Below, one piece after another: positions 51,536 through 60,969 of a stretch of 64,000 nt of DNA; position 1 is the first letter of the stretch; each line of letters starts with the position of its first letter. The DNA is from Candidatus Borrarchaeum weybense (lineage in GTDB: Archaea; Asgardarchaeota; Sifarchaeia; Borrarchaeales; Borrarchaeaceae): assembly GCA_019057385.1 (NCBI GenBank), contig JAHQJS010000007.1, forward strand, positions 256,001 through 320,000. Reading direction: 5' to 3'. The position numbers and the translations under genes were made by a program. The notes under the pieces are model-generated. The model was given only the letters and a program-made list of their open reading frames with translations, ran no database searches and was not told where the DNA came from.

Positions 51536-51795
51536 ATGAAAATGCGAGAAGAAGTTGAAAAAGCGATAAATGAATTACGAGGACCTTTGCGTAATGATGG
51601 AGGAGATGTTGAACTAGTTGATGTTCAGGGAAGTAAGGTGTTAGTCCGTCTAATGGGTGCATGTGCTGGCTGTCCTTTTAGTCAGGATGTTTATTAAACT
51701 TAAGCATCCCTAAAAAGATGACAGTCAAGAACTATATTGAAGCAGAGTTAAAAAAGAGAGTGCCCGGGGTCAGTGAAGTCGTCCCCGTTGCTTAA
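51536..51795 (+). CDS. nifU: NifU/NfuA C-terminal domain Fe-S carrier, split gene join(51536..51683,51716..51795)
   Basis: Spliced 75-aa product MKMREEVEKAINELRGPLRNDGGDVELVDVQGSKVLVRLMGACAGCPFSQMTVKNYIEAELKKRVPGVSEVVPVA; SD AAGGAGG. Confidence 0.9.
51684..51715 (+). other. 32-nt bulge-helix-bulge (BHB) intron in an mRNA
   Basis: Central helix UUAG/CUAA, 3-nt bulges UCA and AAA, inner stem GGAUGUUUA/UAAGCAUCC, outer stem GGCUGUC/GACAGUC; canonical cuts restore the frame. Confidence 0.85.
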
Positions 51796-51913
51796 AATAT
51801 TTCACATTAGGTTTCAGCAAATATTCTAATGTAGATCTTATTTGTTTTGCATTAAATCATTTGTTGAAATATCTTATCTCATTTAAAGAATGGGTTATTT
51901 TTTCTATTTCATT

Positions 51914-53800
51914 TTAGCATCTTTCCCATGCTGTAATATGGGCATCAATATAGGCTTTTATTAGATGTGACCAGTCACTTTTTTTGGCAAGTTCCCTTGC
52001 ATTTTGCTTCAATTTTTCGAGTTCCTCTTGAGATAACTGAGAAATATCATATAACATCTTCCATAAATCATCAACTATTTCTTGATTTGATCTATTGTGT
52101 CGCCTAAGAATCTTGATGCCTAGGTTTTTTTGTTCTCTATTAGATTGAATTCCAAGCAAGCTGTATCCATAGCCTGTTAAGTCGGTAGTAACAGCAATAA
52201 CGCACCTACTTGCTGCCTCTAGCGGCGTATAACCAAATGGTTCATATATCGAGGGATAAATACCCACATCTGTTGCTGAAATTGCATCAAAATAATCCAA
52301 ATTTAGAAAACCATCTTTTCTAGAAAGATATATTGGCATAAAAATAACTTTAACTCTATCCCTTTCCTCATTTCTAAGGTTCACGGCATTCGCTGCAGTG
52401 ATTATTGCGTCATTTGGAACTAGCATGTTATGTGTGCAAATTGGGAGTGAACCAATTCTTCCCGTTATTTGCTCTTTTGCATTTTCAAAATCATTAATTG
52501 TTTGTGTAAAATCATCTGCGAAAAAGTCTTTGAGATTCTTACTGAAGACCCCCTCTAATGTACCATTATAAAGTCCATGAATTACTTCATCTTCTATTTT
52601 AAATAAAAAAGGAGCTATTTTATCAGCTACCATCGAGTAATGACTCACAGCTTTTTCAATGTCTTCTCTTGGATTAAGAACAGCCGCTGGCACCCAAATA
52701 AAAGCAAATACATTTCTATCTGATTCCTTACTTTTTAAGAACTCATTTAAGTTAGACAATGATTGAATGAAAATGTCTATCCCTTTATTACTAAATTCAT
52801 ATCGACCAGAAAGATGGACAATAAGCGAATTTTCAGTTTTTACATTATACCAAGGCGCGAAAAATGCTTCTATAAACCGTATAATTTTAGGTCGCGTTCT
52901 CATTCGTCGTCTTCTGCAATCTTCACCTTTTAAAAAGGTCGAGAAATCTAAACCATTTGGAGTAATCATCATTTGATCTACTCCGTGAATGTATCGAATT
53001 TCTTTTGCTGTAATTTCACTTACTGTTGTAAGTACATCAGCTTCTCGGCAACAGACTTGTTCCATCAGATGCTTGCCTTCGAGTTTGAATTGAAATGCTT
53101 GCCCTTGATCCGCCATCATTGCTTTGTCTTGCCCAAGTCCTTCATCAATTTCCTTAATCAGATCATGACCGGCTTCTGCCTTTTTTCTTCCTAGCATAGT
53201 TGCATGAGTAGTGAAAATTTTACCGATCTTTGTACCTTGTAACTTAAGGTAAAGAAGTCCTGCGCCCGCTAACCATTCGTGAAAATGTGCGACAACCCTC
53301 TTAGAAGCAAACTGAGGTGCAGTAAGTACCCCCTCTATAAGCATTCCTGTGGCCCAAGACCATGCAATTGGCTCATCGTAATCGAATCCCATCATTAGTG
53401 AGTCTATTTTGTATTTCTCCCAGAATAACCCCTTTATATCGTCAACCTGCCTCACTGTCTGCCCATCTGGCTTTATAACCATTCGATTCATAAAATCTCT
53501 TGAATCTATTAAAAATACGAAACTTTCATCTCCAGCTACCCATCTGCCAAAATATACTTTTATCCCTGCATCTCCTAACTTGCGAAATAACCATTCAAAT
53601 TCTCTAGGAGGTGTCATGTCAATAAAATCTTCACTTACATGAGCAGGGTTATAAAAACCAATGCCATAATAGTTTTCTGAACCATATACTAATTTCATAT
53701 ACTTTGCTTTACTTGCAATAACTTGGTAAATTCCACCTACCTTATTTGCAATTTCGAATGACACTTCGAAACAAGAATCGGGGGCGTTATCTCTCTCCAT
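51914..53800 (-). CDS. GT3-family glycogen synthase
   Basis: FEVSFEIANKVGGIY, HFHEWL, TTHATMLGR, GRYEFSNKG, YEPFGYTPLE. Confidence 0.9.
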   Translation of the reverse strand: MERDNAPDSCFEVSFEIANKVGGIYQVIASKAKYMKLVYGSENYYGIGFYNPAHVSEDFIDMTPPREFEWLFRKLGDAGIKVYFGRWVAGDESFVFLIDSRDFMNRMVIKPDGQTVRQVDDIKGLFWEKYKIDSLMMGFDYDEPIAWSWATGMLIEGVLTAPQFASKRVVAHFHEWLAGAGLLYLKLQGTKIGKIFTTHATMLGRKKAEAGHDLIKEIDEGLGQDKAMMADQGQAFQFKLEGKHLMEQVCCREADVLTTVSEITAKEIRYIHGVDQMMITPNGLDFSTFLKGEDCRRRRMRTRPKIIRFIEAFFAPWYNVKTENSLIVHLSGRYEFSNKGIDIFIQSLSNLNEFLKSKESDRNVFAFIWVPAAVLNPREDIEKAVSHYSMVADKIAPFLFKIEDEVIHGLYNGTLEGVFSKNLKDFFADDFTQTINDFENAKEQITGRIGSLPICTHNMLVPNDAIITAANAVNLRNEERDRVKVIFMPIYLSRKDGFLNLDYFDAISATDVGIYPSIYEPFGYTPLEAASRCVIAVTTDLTGYGYSLLGIQSNREQKNLGIKILRRHNRSNQEIVDDLWKMLYDISQLSQEELEKLKQNARELAKKSDWSHLIKAYIDAHITAWERC

Positions 53801-53956
53801 TTGTCTTTTCGCCTCTCTTTGTATTGCCTAGAAAAAATATTTAAAAAACATTGTATACAAATGGTGTCCAAGAGCCATTCTTTAAACTTATCGATTATGA
53901 AAAAAACTGGCACAATTTCGAAAAAAAATCTACAAAGAATAAAAGAAGGGAAACGA

Positions 53957-54706
53957 GTGAAGAAACCACTTTTTGTTATTGGTGTTGTTGTCTTAACTGT
54001 CGGGATATTATTAGCTGCTTTTGGCACACGACAAGTCCCTTATACAGATTATGAAACCTATTCGGCGCAAAATTCTACGGTAATAGTAAATGAAGCTAGT
54101 AAAATTTCAAATAATGACTATTATGCATACTATAGGGATTTTGATGCAGGAGAACAATTAAAAATAGAATTTAGTGCTGTGAGCGACCTTTCAATTTGGG
54201 TTGAAAACGAAGACGAATACTATAAATTTACAAGCTCTCAGTCGCATTCTGGTATTTGGGCTGCACTTGATGTTACTAGCGCTGAAGCAACTGTTACCAT
54301 CCCCAATGATGACTATTACTATGTCGTGATCTTAAATGAGAATACTCATTCTGTGGAATACGATCTAAAGGTTACTGAATATTGGACATCTCTTGAAACT
54401 AGAGAGATAATTCGTTATAGGCCTGATTACACATTAAATTTCGTTGGCGTTGCCATTGTCTTTGCTGGAGTAATTTTGACTGTAGTAGGAGCAGTTACTA
54501 AACCTTCAGATTTAGAAGACTATGAAGATGATGAGGAACTCTCAACTCTGCAACCTACGCCAATTATAACAACAGCTGATACTGATGGTGAAACTGAGTT
54601 ACTAGAAGTAATGGAAAAAGTGCCATCTGAAATAATTTGTCCAAACTGTGCCTCAGAAATCGACGCGGAGACTACTTTCTGTCCTTATTGCGGATCAAAA
54701 CTATAA
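53957..54706 (+). CDS. Membrane protein with a GOLD-like domain and a C-terminal double zinc ribbon
   Basis: Probable GTG start at 53957; two TM helices; CPNC...FCPYCG. Confidence 0.75.
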   Translation: MKKPLFVIGVVVLTVGILLAAFGTRQVPYTDYETYSAQNSTVIVNEASKISNNDYYAYYRDFDAGEQLKIEFSAVSDLSIWVENEDEYYKFTSSQSHSGIWAALDVTSAEATVTIPNDDYYYVVILNENTHSVEYDLKVTEYWTSLETREIIRYRPDYTLNFVGVAIVFAGVILTVVGAVTKPSDLEDYEDDEELSTLQPTPIITTADTDGETELLEVMEKVPSEIICPNCASEIDAETTFCPYCGSKL

Positions 54707-54737
54707 TTTCTCTTTTTCGTTTTTTCAACAACTATAT

Positions 54738-55304
54738 TTAAGTTGAAATTCGACTCATAAATTCATTTTTGATCTTTTTTGGATGCCAAGGAATGTTTTC
54801 GAAAGGAGGATCACCTGGTTGTACTTTTACATGTAATATCTGTAAACCATTTCCTTTCAAAAGCCAATTCAATTTTTCCTGAATAACTGTTTTATTATCA
54901 TTACTCTGAATAGATACAGTAGTTTCTACACCTATACCACGTATCATAGTTTCATAATTGATAACAGAAGAAACGGTTGGTTGCCCGCCTGTTGTTGCAT
55001 ACAGTTCATTATCAATTATCAAGATTTTTAGGTTTGAAGGCTTTAAACTGGAGACAGTTGACATAGATCCGAGGCCCATCAAGAAATTGCCATCGCCTGT
55101 AATAACAATAACCTTTCTATCAGGCTGCGAAATTGCTAAACCCAAACCTACTGCCATCGGTAGCCCCATACTTCCTCTGAGATAAACCTGTGGCCTAGGT
55201 AAACAATGAAATACTTGTCTACTAATATTTCCATTTGAACCTACTATCAGTTCATTACCTTGAAGAAAAGTTCCTAATAATTCGATTATCTCGTGTCCCT
55301 TCAT
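54738..55304 (-). CDS. comE: Sulfopyruvate/phosphonopyruvate decarboxylase beta subunit
   Basis: GSMGL, TPP motif GDGNFLM...NELY, TGGQPT; ATGA overlap with comD. Confidence 0.8.
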   Translation of the reverse strand: MKGHEIIELLGTFLQGNELIVGSNGNISRQVFHCLPRPQVYLRGSMGLPMAVGLGLAISQPDRKVIVITGDGNFLMGLGSMSTVSSLKPSNLKILIIDNELYATTGGQPTVSSVINYETMIRGIGVETTVSIQSNDNKTVIQEKLNWLLKGNGLQILHVKVQPGDPPFENIPWHPKKIKNEFMSRIST

Positions 55305-55801
55305 TTTTTGCTTAGCACCCCCTTCGTTACGAGTAGGCAAACCGGTCTCATTGTAACATTCATTTTATTTATTGCATTTTCAAGTGTACTTTGCCAATTT
55401 TCTTCCTTTAATTCCCAATAAGGGACACGATATGCTCTTAAAGCATCTTCAGTAACTTCTCCCATAATTGAGTGCTCTGGAAAGTCCTTATCAGGTTCTA
55501 ATCCTCTCCAACTAACAAGTAAGAGAATAGGGATTTCATAAAGTTGTGCGAGAGAAGTTAATGCATCTCCAATAACCGCAAATCCTGAGTTCTGCATTAT
55601 TACCATGCCTTTTTTTCCACCAAAATGGGCACCGCAAATTACGCCAATTGCTTCGTCTTCACGTGTTGCAGGTACGTATCTGATCTCTTTGCCAACTTCA
55701 AAAGCTGTAAGCAAGTCTTTAAAATAAGAACATGGAACACCTGAAGCAATGCTAAACCCTTGCTGCTTAAGTGTATTCAAGAACTCATCTAGGGCAATCA
55801 T
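55301..55801 (-). CDS. comD: Sulfopyruvate/phosphonopyruvate decarboxylase alpha subunit
   Basis: GVPCS, TREDEAIG, MQNSG, SWRG, EH. Confidence 0.8.
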   Translation of the reverse strand: MIALDEFLNTLKQQGFSIASGVPCSYFKDLLTAFEVGKEIRYVPATREDEAIGVICGAHFGGKKGMVIMQNSGFAVIGDALTSLAQLYEIPILLLVSWRGLEPDKDFPEHSIMGEVTEDALRAYRVPYWELKEENWQSTLENAINKMNVTMRPVCLLVTKGVLSKK

Positions 55802-55979
55802 ATTCTCACAGAGATCTTTTTTATTTTTAAATGTAATGGTTCTTTGTCAAAACGTGTGGACTTTATATATTATTTTAAATTGTTGCTTCTACCCCCCAAG
55901 AAACTCGCACTTTAGTATAAGAGATGTGTTTGACTTTTTGCCCGCCCATCCCGGGCGGGTTCTCCTTCGGTGAGATATT

Positions 55980-56276
55980 ATGACTGAAATCATGCCATTG
56001 CCCAGTGCCGAAATGGTTCAAAAAGACTTGAAAAAACTATATATGAAATTGGCTCATCTAAAAATGGAAAAAATAAAATTTGAAAAAACAATCGAAGATA
56101 TCCTTCATGCATTCGACACAAGAGAAGCCTTGAGATGGGGAAAAGCCAAAAAAATTGAACAAATAGAGCGCTTAAACAGATATATTCTTCAATATAACCA
56201 AGTAAGAAAACATCTTATAGAAATAAATAGAAAGATGCGGGTGTTAGAAGAACAAGAATCAACTAATCCACTATAA
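55980..56276 (+). CDS. Small coiled-coil hypothetical protein
   Basis: SD GGTGA; 98-aa helical ORF. Confidence 0.65.
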   Translation: MTEIMPLPSAEMVQKDLKKLYMKLAHLKMEKIKFEKTIEDILHAFDTREALRWGKAKKIEQIERLNRYILQYNQVRKHLIEINRKMRVLEEQESTNPL

Positions 56277-56611
56277 AGAGTAAAAATTATTTATATAAGT
56301 CTTTTATTCTCTTATAGGGTTTTATTTACGAGAAACAGCATTTTATTGGTTTACAATATACTAAAATGATACAATAGCCATTTATTGTGTCATCCGTTAA
56401 TTAAAAGTTCTGTCGGGTAGGGAAGAAAAGTATTTAATTCTTCTTATCTTTATCCTCGCCATTTCAATTAATAATGGAATTATAAGTAGATAGTTTGATA
56501 ACTGCTCACCAATTAGTGATTTATGCAAAGTCAAATAGCGAGAGGTATTTTACGAAAACTTTCGCAACTATTATATATCCAGAAGCACATATCAATGAGG
56601 CATAAATCCTA

Positions 56612-57475
56612 GTGGGGGTTCAAATGAAACGGATTTCTCAGCCTGAGGATCGAAATTTAGTGTTATACTATATAATTACAATCGCCTTTACTTGGTTTTT
56701 TTGGATATCTGAAATCTTGGCTATGCAGGGACGACTGGGCTCTTCCATTTTTACCGACTTTCTCTTGAGCCCGAACAATCCTGCTGCATGGGGACCGCTT
56801 ATTGCGGCGGTGGTGCTCACTTATTGGAACGCAAGAAAAGAAGGAGTAATCAAACTCTTGAAACGAGGGATCGATTTTCGCTTCCCTAAAGTATGGTGGA
56901 TCCCCACTATCTTGTTCTGGCCTGCTATCATGGGAGGAGGTCTTCTAGTGGCATTTCTTGCAGGAGAGCAGATACCTACGTTGTTCTGGGTAGCTAATCC
57001 TTTATTAATTGTTTCTTCCTTTGTTCTGATCCTCCTATTTCAGGGACCACTACAAGAAGAATTTGGCTGGAGAGGCTATGCACTCGATCGACTTCAAGCC
57101 CGGTTTAATGCCCTTATATCCAGTATCATTTTAGGATTGATGTGGGTGATTTGGCATATCCCTTATATGTTCTGGTTAAGTGATGAGATCATTTATGAAA
57201 TCTTTTGGGGTTTCCTGCTTTCAAATATCTTGATAACCATTGTATTCACTTGGTTGTTTAATAATACGGGTGGGAGCGTTCTAGTTACACTCATTAATCA
57301 TGCCATGTTCATTTTAGCCGTTATCATGTTTCCAGCCCTGGAAACCGCAGCAGGTAGTCTCTTTTACTTGGTTGTCCTTATCGCATCCATTATTGCAATA
57401 GTATTAATTTGGGGTCCTAAACAACTAATGCGTGAAGCCAAAGAGCAGGAACTTAGTACTAAAGTGGAAAATTGA
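56612..57475 (+). CDS. CPBP/CAAX intramembrane glutamic endopeptidase (Abi family)
   Basis: EEFGWRG, WVIWHIP, NNTGGSV...NH. Confidence 0.92.
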   Translation: MGVQMKRISQPEDRNLVLYYIITIAFTWFFWISEILAMQGRLGSSIFTDFLLSPNNPAAWGPLIAAVVLTYWNARKEGVIKLLKRGIDFRFPKVWWIPTILFWPAIMGGGLLVAFLAGEQIPTLFWVANPLLIVSSFVLILLFQGPLQEEFGWRGYALDRLQARFNALISSIILGLMWVIWHIPYMFWLSDEIIYEIFWGFLLSNILITIVFTWLFNNTGGSVLVTLINHAMFILAVIMFPALETAAGSLFYLVVLIASIIAIVLIWGPKQLMREAKEQELSTKVEN

Positions 57476-57598
57476 GTCCAAATTAAACTCCCACCTTTCG
57501 GAAGGGATCTTCTCGTAGATAAAAGGTAGACTTAAATCGCCTTCGATAGTTATAACTAGAATGACTGAGTTCTTTTAAATTGATAAAGGCGAAGAATT

Positions 57599-60079
57599 TT
57601 GAAACAGATTTTTAAGGACAAGACAGAAGAAGAAATCCATCAATTCATTAGAGACTTTGTTAGGACCGTTTCAACGTATCCCGATTCTGATAATAGTGCA
57701 AAAAATCTTTCTGATGTTTTTTTAAAGATATATGGGTTCTCCATTGGAGATCCACACATAATTAAGGATGCCCTATTTGCTCAGGCTGGACTAGCACTCC
57801 TTTTAAGCAGTATCTACTACGAGAGCATTCGATATGAGTATAATATAGAAGGACTTCTCACTATTATGAGAGATGTTGGAGGAAGAGCAGCAATTGAACA
57901 AGCTATAGAATTGATTTTGAATAAAAAAGCTGAACCTATTTTTACTATAACCAAAGCAATACTTAGAGCAGTTCCTTCAATTGAAGAACTGTTCAATGAT
58001 TTAATAAAATTAGCCGTGAAACTTTCATCAAAAAGATATTTATTCAGAAGAGATTTTGCAGGAAAAATTTACCATGATATTGTAGGAGATTGGGCGATTA
58101 AAAAGGGATTGGCTGTATTTTTTACTCAGGTTCCATCCGCTTATCTTCTTCTAAGCCTTATAAATCCAAATCCAGTAGAGGAAGAAGGAAAATTAAAACT
58201 TCCTAGAATATGTGATTTTGCATGTGGAAGTGGTACACTTCTAACAGCAGCGTATAATGTTACTAGATCTAAATATGATTCATATTTATTGAAAACTCAT
58301 ACTAGTAAAACGCCAAAAGAGATTAATGAAGAGTTTCACAAAGCATTCATTAAAAATTGTTATGCTTTCGATGTTTTAAAGTATGCTACCCAGATAGCAC
58401 GTCTTACACTAGCATTACACTGTCCTGAAATTCCATTAGAAGATTTTAAATCCTATACGATACCTTTAGGTATTAGGAAAGAATCAGGTAGAGAAATAGT
58501 ATCTTTAGGATCACTAGAGTTTGCTAGATCATCTCCTAGGCTTGAGAAGAATATAATTAAAAAGTGTGAGATGCAAGAGGAAAAAGAACATGTCTACATC
58601 GAGCCTTTCGACCTAGTAGTTATGAATCCTCCTTTTACTGGTACAAGTGAGAGAAAAAGAAAAGGACGAAAAGTCGAAGGTCTATTCGGTTTTATGACTG
58701 ATAAAAAAATCCTAGAAAAAATCAAGAAAGATTATCAGTATTTAAGCCGGGAAGAAATAAAGAGAGTTCTGGAGACCAACGCACTAAAATTTTTGGAAGT
58801 ACATCCTCTGGAAAGACTGCTAGCCGATAGATCCTCACCTTATAGAAAGATTTGGCCTGCAGGAGAGCCTCTTCCATTCCTTTATCTCGCTCACAAATAC
58901 ACTAAAGTCAATGGCACAATCGGATTCGTACTTCCTAAGAGCTTTCTTTCGGGTATTACCTGGTTTCTGGCGAGAACTTTGTTAGCCTCAGACTATCATG
59001 TAGAAACAATCGTTGTAAGTTATGACCCAGAAATGGGATACAATTTTTCAGAGTCAACAGACCTTAGCGAGTGTCTTTTGATAGCTACCAAGAAAAATGA
59101 GCATATAGACGAGGAAAAAACTAAATTTGTCATGCTGCTGAGCAAACCAGAAACCGATATAGTAGCAACATCTCTTACCAAAAAAATCTTTCAAGGAAAA
59201 TCCTATGTGGAAATTGATGGTGCTTCTGCTTTTGTTATAAATATTGGAAGAGAAGAACTTATAGATAATTTAGATAATTGGGGAAGATTTGTATCCCTAC
59301 CAAACCTGAAAATCTTGAAGATATTAAACCAATTACTGAAAGGGGAGATTAGAGTCGGTGAAACAGTAAGAAAGTTCCCTATAACCAAGTTAGATGAACT
59401 AATTTCAACGATCGGAATAAATCGTTGTGAACTCGGGAACAATTTCAACAAAGTAGGCAATAAGGTTTCTGGTGCCTTAAGAATTTTACTCGGAGGAGGA
59501 GAAGAGAATAGAAAAAAGATGAGCCTATCACCAAACCAATATGCACTCCCAACTAAGAGAGGAGAAAGGATATTTCAACAAAAAGCAGGGCATTTATTAG
59601 TACCCGATAGAATCCGGTGGGATACAACTCACGTAATTTCACTACTTTCCAAGGAAAAAACTTTAGGAAATATGTTTTTTGCGATAAATCTCAAGAATGA
59701 GAACCCCAATAAACTAAAAGCTCTTTGTTTATGGCTTAATACAACTTGGGGTATTCTGACAGTTCTTTCAAATAGACAAGAGACAGAAGGAGCTTGGACA
59801 AGTTTGGTGATGGGACATTGGAGGACACTTTCAGTCTTGAACGTGGATGAAATATCCAAAGAATGCTTGGAAAAACTGGCACAGGTTTTCGATAGTTTTA
59901 AGAAAATCGAATTAGGCAGAATACCACATCAGTACAATGTTGAAAACGAGTCGTATAAAATAAGGCTGGATTTGGATACAACCGTCCTTGAGACATTAGG
60001 AATTGAAGTAAGAGAAGAAGATCTTACATCTCTCTATCAAGAAATTTATTCTTCTTTTGAGCAGTGGATAGGACTTTGA
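57599..60079 (+). CDS. N6-adenine DNA methyltransferase with target-recognition domain (type IIG-like)
   Basis: FFT, DFACGSGTLL (motif I), VMNPPF (motif IV). Confidence 0.88.
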   Translation: MKQIFKDKTEEEIHQFIRDFVRTVSTYPDSDNSAKNLSDVFLKIYGFSIGDPHIIKDALFAQAGLALLLSSIYYESIRYEYNIEGLLTIMRDVGGRAAIEQAIELILNKKAEPIFTITKAILRAVPSIEELFNDLIKLAVKLSSKRYLFRRDFAGKIYHDIVGDWAIKKGLAVFFTQVPSAYLLLSLINPNPVEEEGKLKLPRICDFACGSGTLLTAAYNVTRSKYDSYLLKTHTSKTPKEINEEFHKAFIKNCYAFDVLKYATQIARLTLALHCPEIPLEDFKSYTIPLGIRKESGREIVSLGSLEFARSSPRLEKNIIKKCEMQEEKEHVYIEPFDLVVMNPPFTGTSERKRKGRKVEGLFGFMTDKKILEKIKKDYQYLSREEIKRVLETNALKFLEVHPLERLLADRSSPYRKIWPAGEPLPFLYLAHKYTKVNGTIGFVLPKSFLSGITWFLARTLLASDYHVETIVVSYDPEMGYNFSESTDLSECLLIATKKNEHIDEEKTKFVMLLSKPETDIVATSLTKKIFQGKSYVEIDGASAFVINIGREELIDNLDNWGRFVSLPNLKILKILNQLLKGEIRVGETVRKFPITKLDELISTIGINRCELGNNFNKVGNKVSGALRILLGGGEENRKKMSLSPNQYALPTKRGERIFQQKAGHLLVPDRIRWDTTHVISLLSKEKTLGNMFFAINLKNENPNKLKALCLWLNTTWGILTVLSNRQETEGAWTSLVMGHWRTLSVLNVDEISKECLEKLAQVFDSFKKIELGRIPHQYNVENESYKIRLDLDTTVLETLGIEVREEDLTSLYQEIYSSFEQWIGL

Positions 60080-60124
60080 CTGCCCGTCAAAGGTAAAAAT
60101 CCTCTCACAATATCATGAGGTTAG

Positions 60125-60328
60125 TTAGAACTGAGATGCGAATATTATAGCGATCACTATAAGTAAAATCCCCATGGCAATTAATAATAATGCTCCAATT
60201 AGTGTATCGGGTATTATCCAATAACGAATTCCAACTAATGATAAGACACCAAGCACAATCTCTATGATCCCGCCAATTATTACAATTAACCAGATCCAGT
60301 AAAAGATGTTAATTGACCGATTTTCCAT
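60125..60328 (-). CDS. Small two-TM membrane protein
   Basis: SD GGAGGG; two hydrophobic helices. Confidence 0.65.
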   Translation of the reverse strand: MENRSINIFYWIWLIVIIGGIIEIVLGVLSLVGIRYWIIPDTLIGALLLIAMGILLIVIAIIFASQF

Positions 60329-60387
60329 TAGTAAATATCCCTCCTTTTTGTTACATCCGTCATTTTCATTTGTTCCTGAGTATTTAA

Positions 60388-60834
60388 CTTTGTCGGCGGG
60401 AAGTCTCCTTCCGAAAGGGAGAGGATGAAAGCCGATGGCTTTTTATAGTTTTTTGGAAACTTATAGATGGTACCGCGAGTGTACCCGTAATGCCCGACTG
60501 GGTGGAGGCATATCCTCCTGTAAGCGACCAGTCAGCAAGTGACAGGGCTAAACGTGAGGAAGCCCGTGCATGAGGTCTTATCCGGCGAGGCAAGATATTC
60601 CCCTTATTGTGTGCAGCTGGCTAACCTGTCGAACAGACAGACAGGTAACAGATCAATAGCCTTCTGCAGGCAGCTAATCAAGGGGCAGGATAAGGGTGAG
60701 CAGCGTGTGCAACCTGGCAAGTTTCCGTAAGCCCATACCTGTAGTGATAGTGGCGAAGCGTCGCCTCCCGTGAGGGAGCGAGAACTACAATGGAAAGCTG
60801 GAAGCCCCATCCTAAAGGGTGGGGAGGATGTCAC
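60388..60834 (+). mobile_element. ORF-less IS200/IS605-type element carrying a large structured RNA
   Basis: Left end cggcgggaagtctccttccgaaagggagaggatgaaagccg; right end gaagccccatcctaaagggtggggaggatgTCAC; GC-rich interior of nested stems. Confidence 0.75.
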
Positions 60835-60969
60835 TGGTTTTCTATTTCAGTATCTAATAACTTTTATAAGAATAAAAAAAGTGAGTTTTTATTAAATATC
60901 GGAAAACCAATCACCAAAATTAAGAGTTTTGGAGATGTCTTTTGAGCATCAGGATAGGAGTGTGTTAGA

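Noticed and set aside
51423-51662. 79-aa minus-strand ORF in the track
   Set aside because: Antisense to the real split nifU gene and the IS right end
51684-51715. Reading nifU as a simple pseudogene or a Sec/Pyl readthrough gene
   Set aside because: The stop is TAA, the two halves are in different frames, both are undegraded, and the insert forms an exact BHB motif
60550-60570. gtgaggaagccc resembling the RNase P P4 strand
   Set aside because: No matching 3' P4 strand was found, and the region is bounded by IS ends
60384-60834. Three short ORFs inside the GC-rich element
   Set aside because: No SD or protein motifs; better explained as by-products of structured GC-rich sequence
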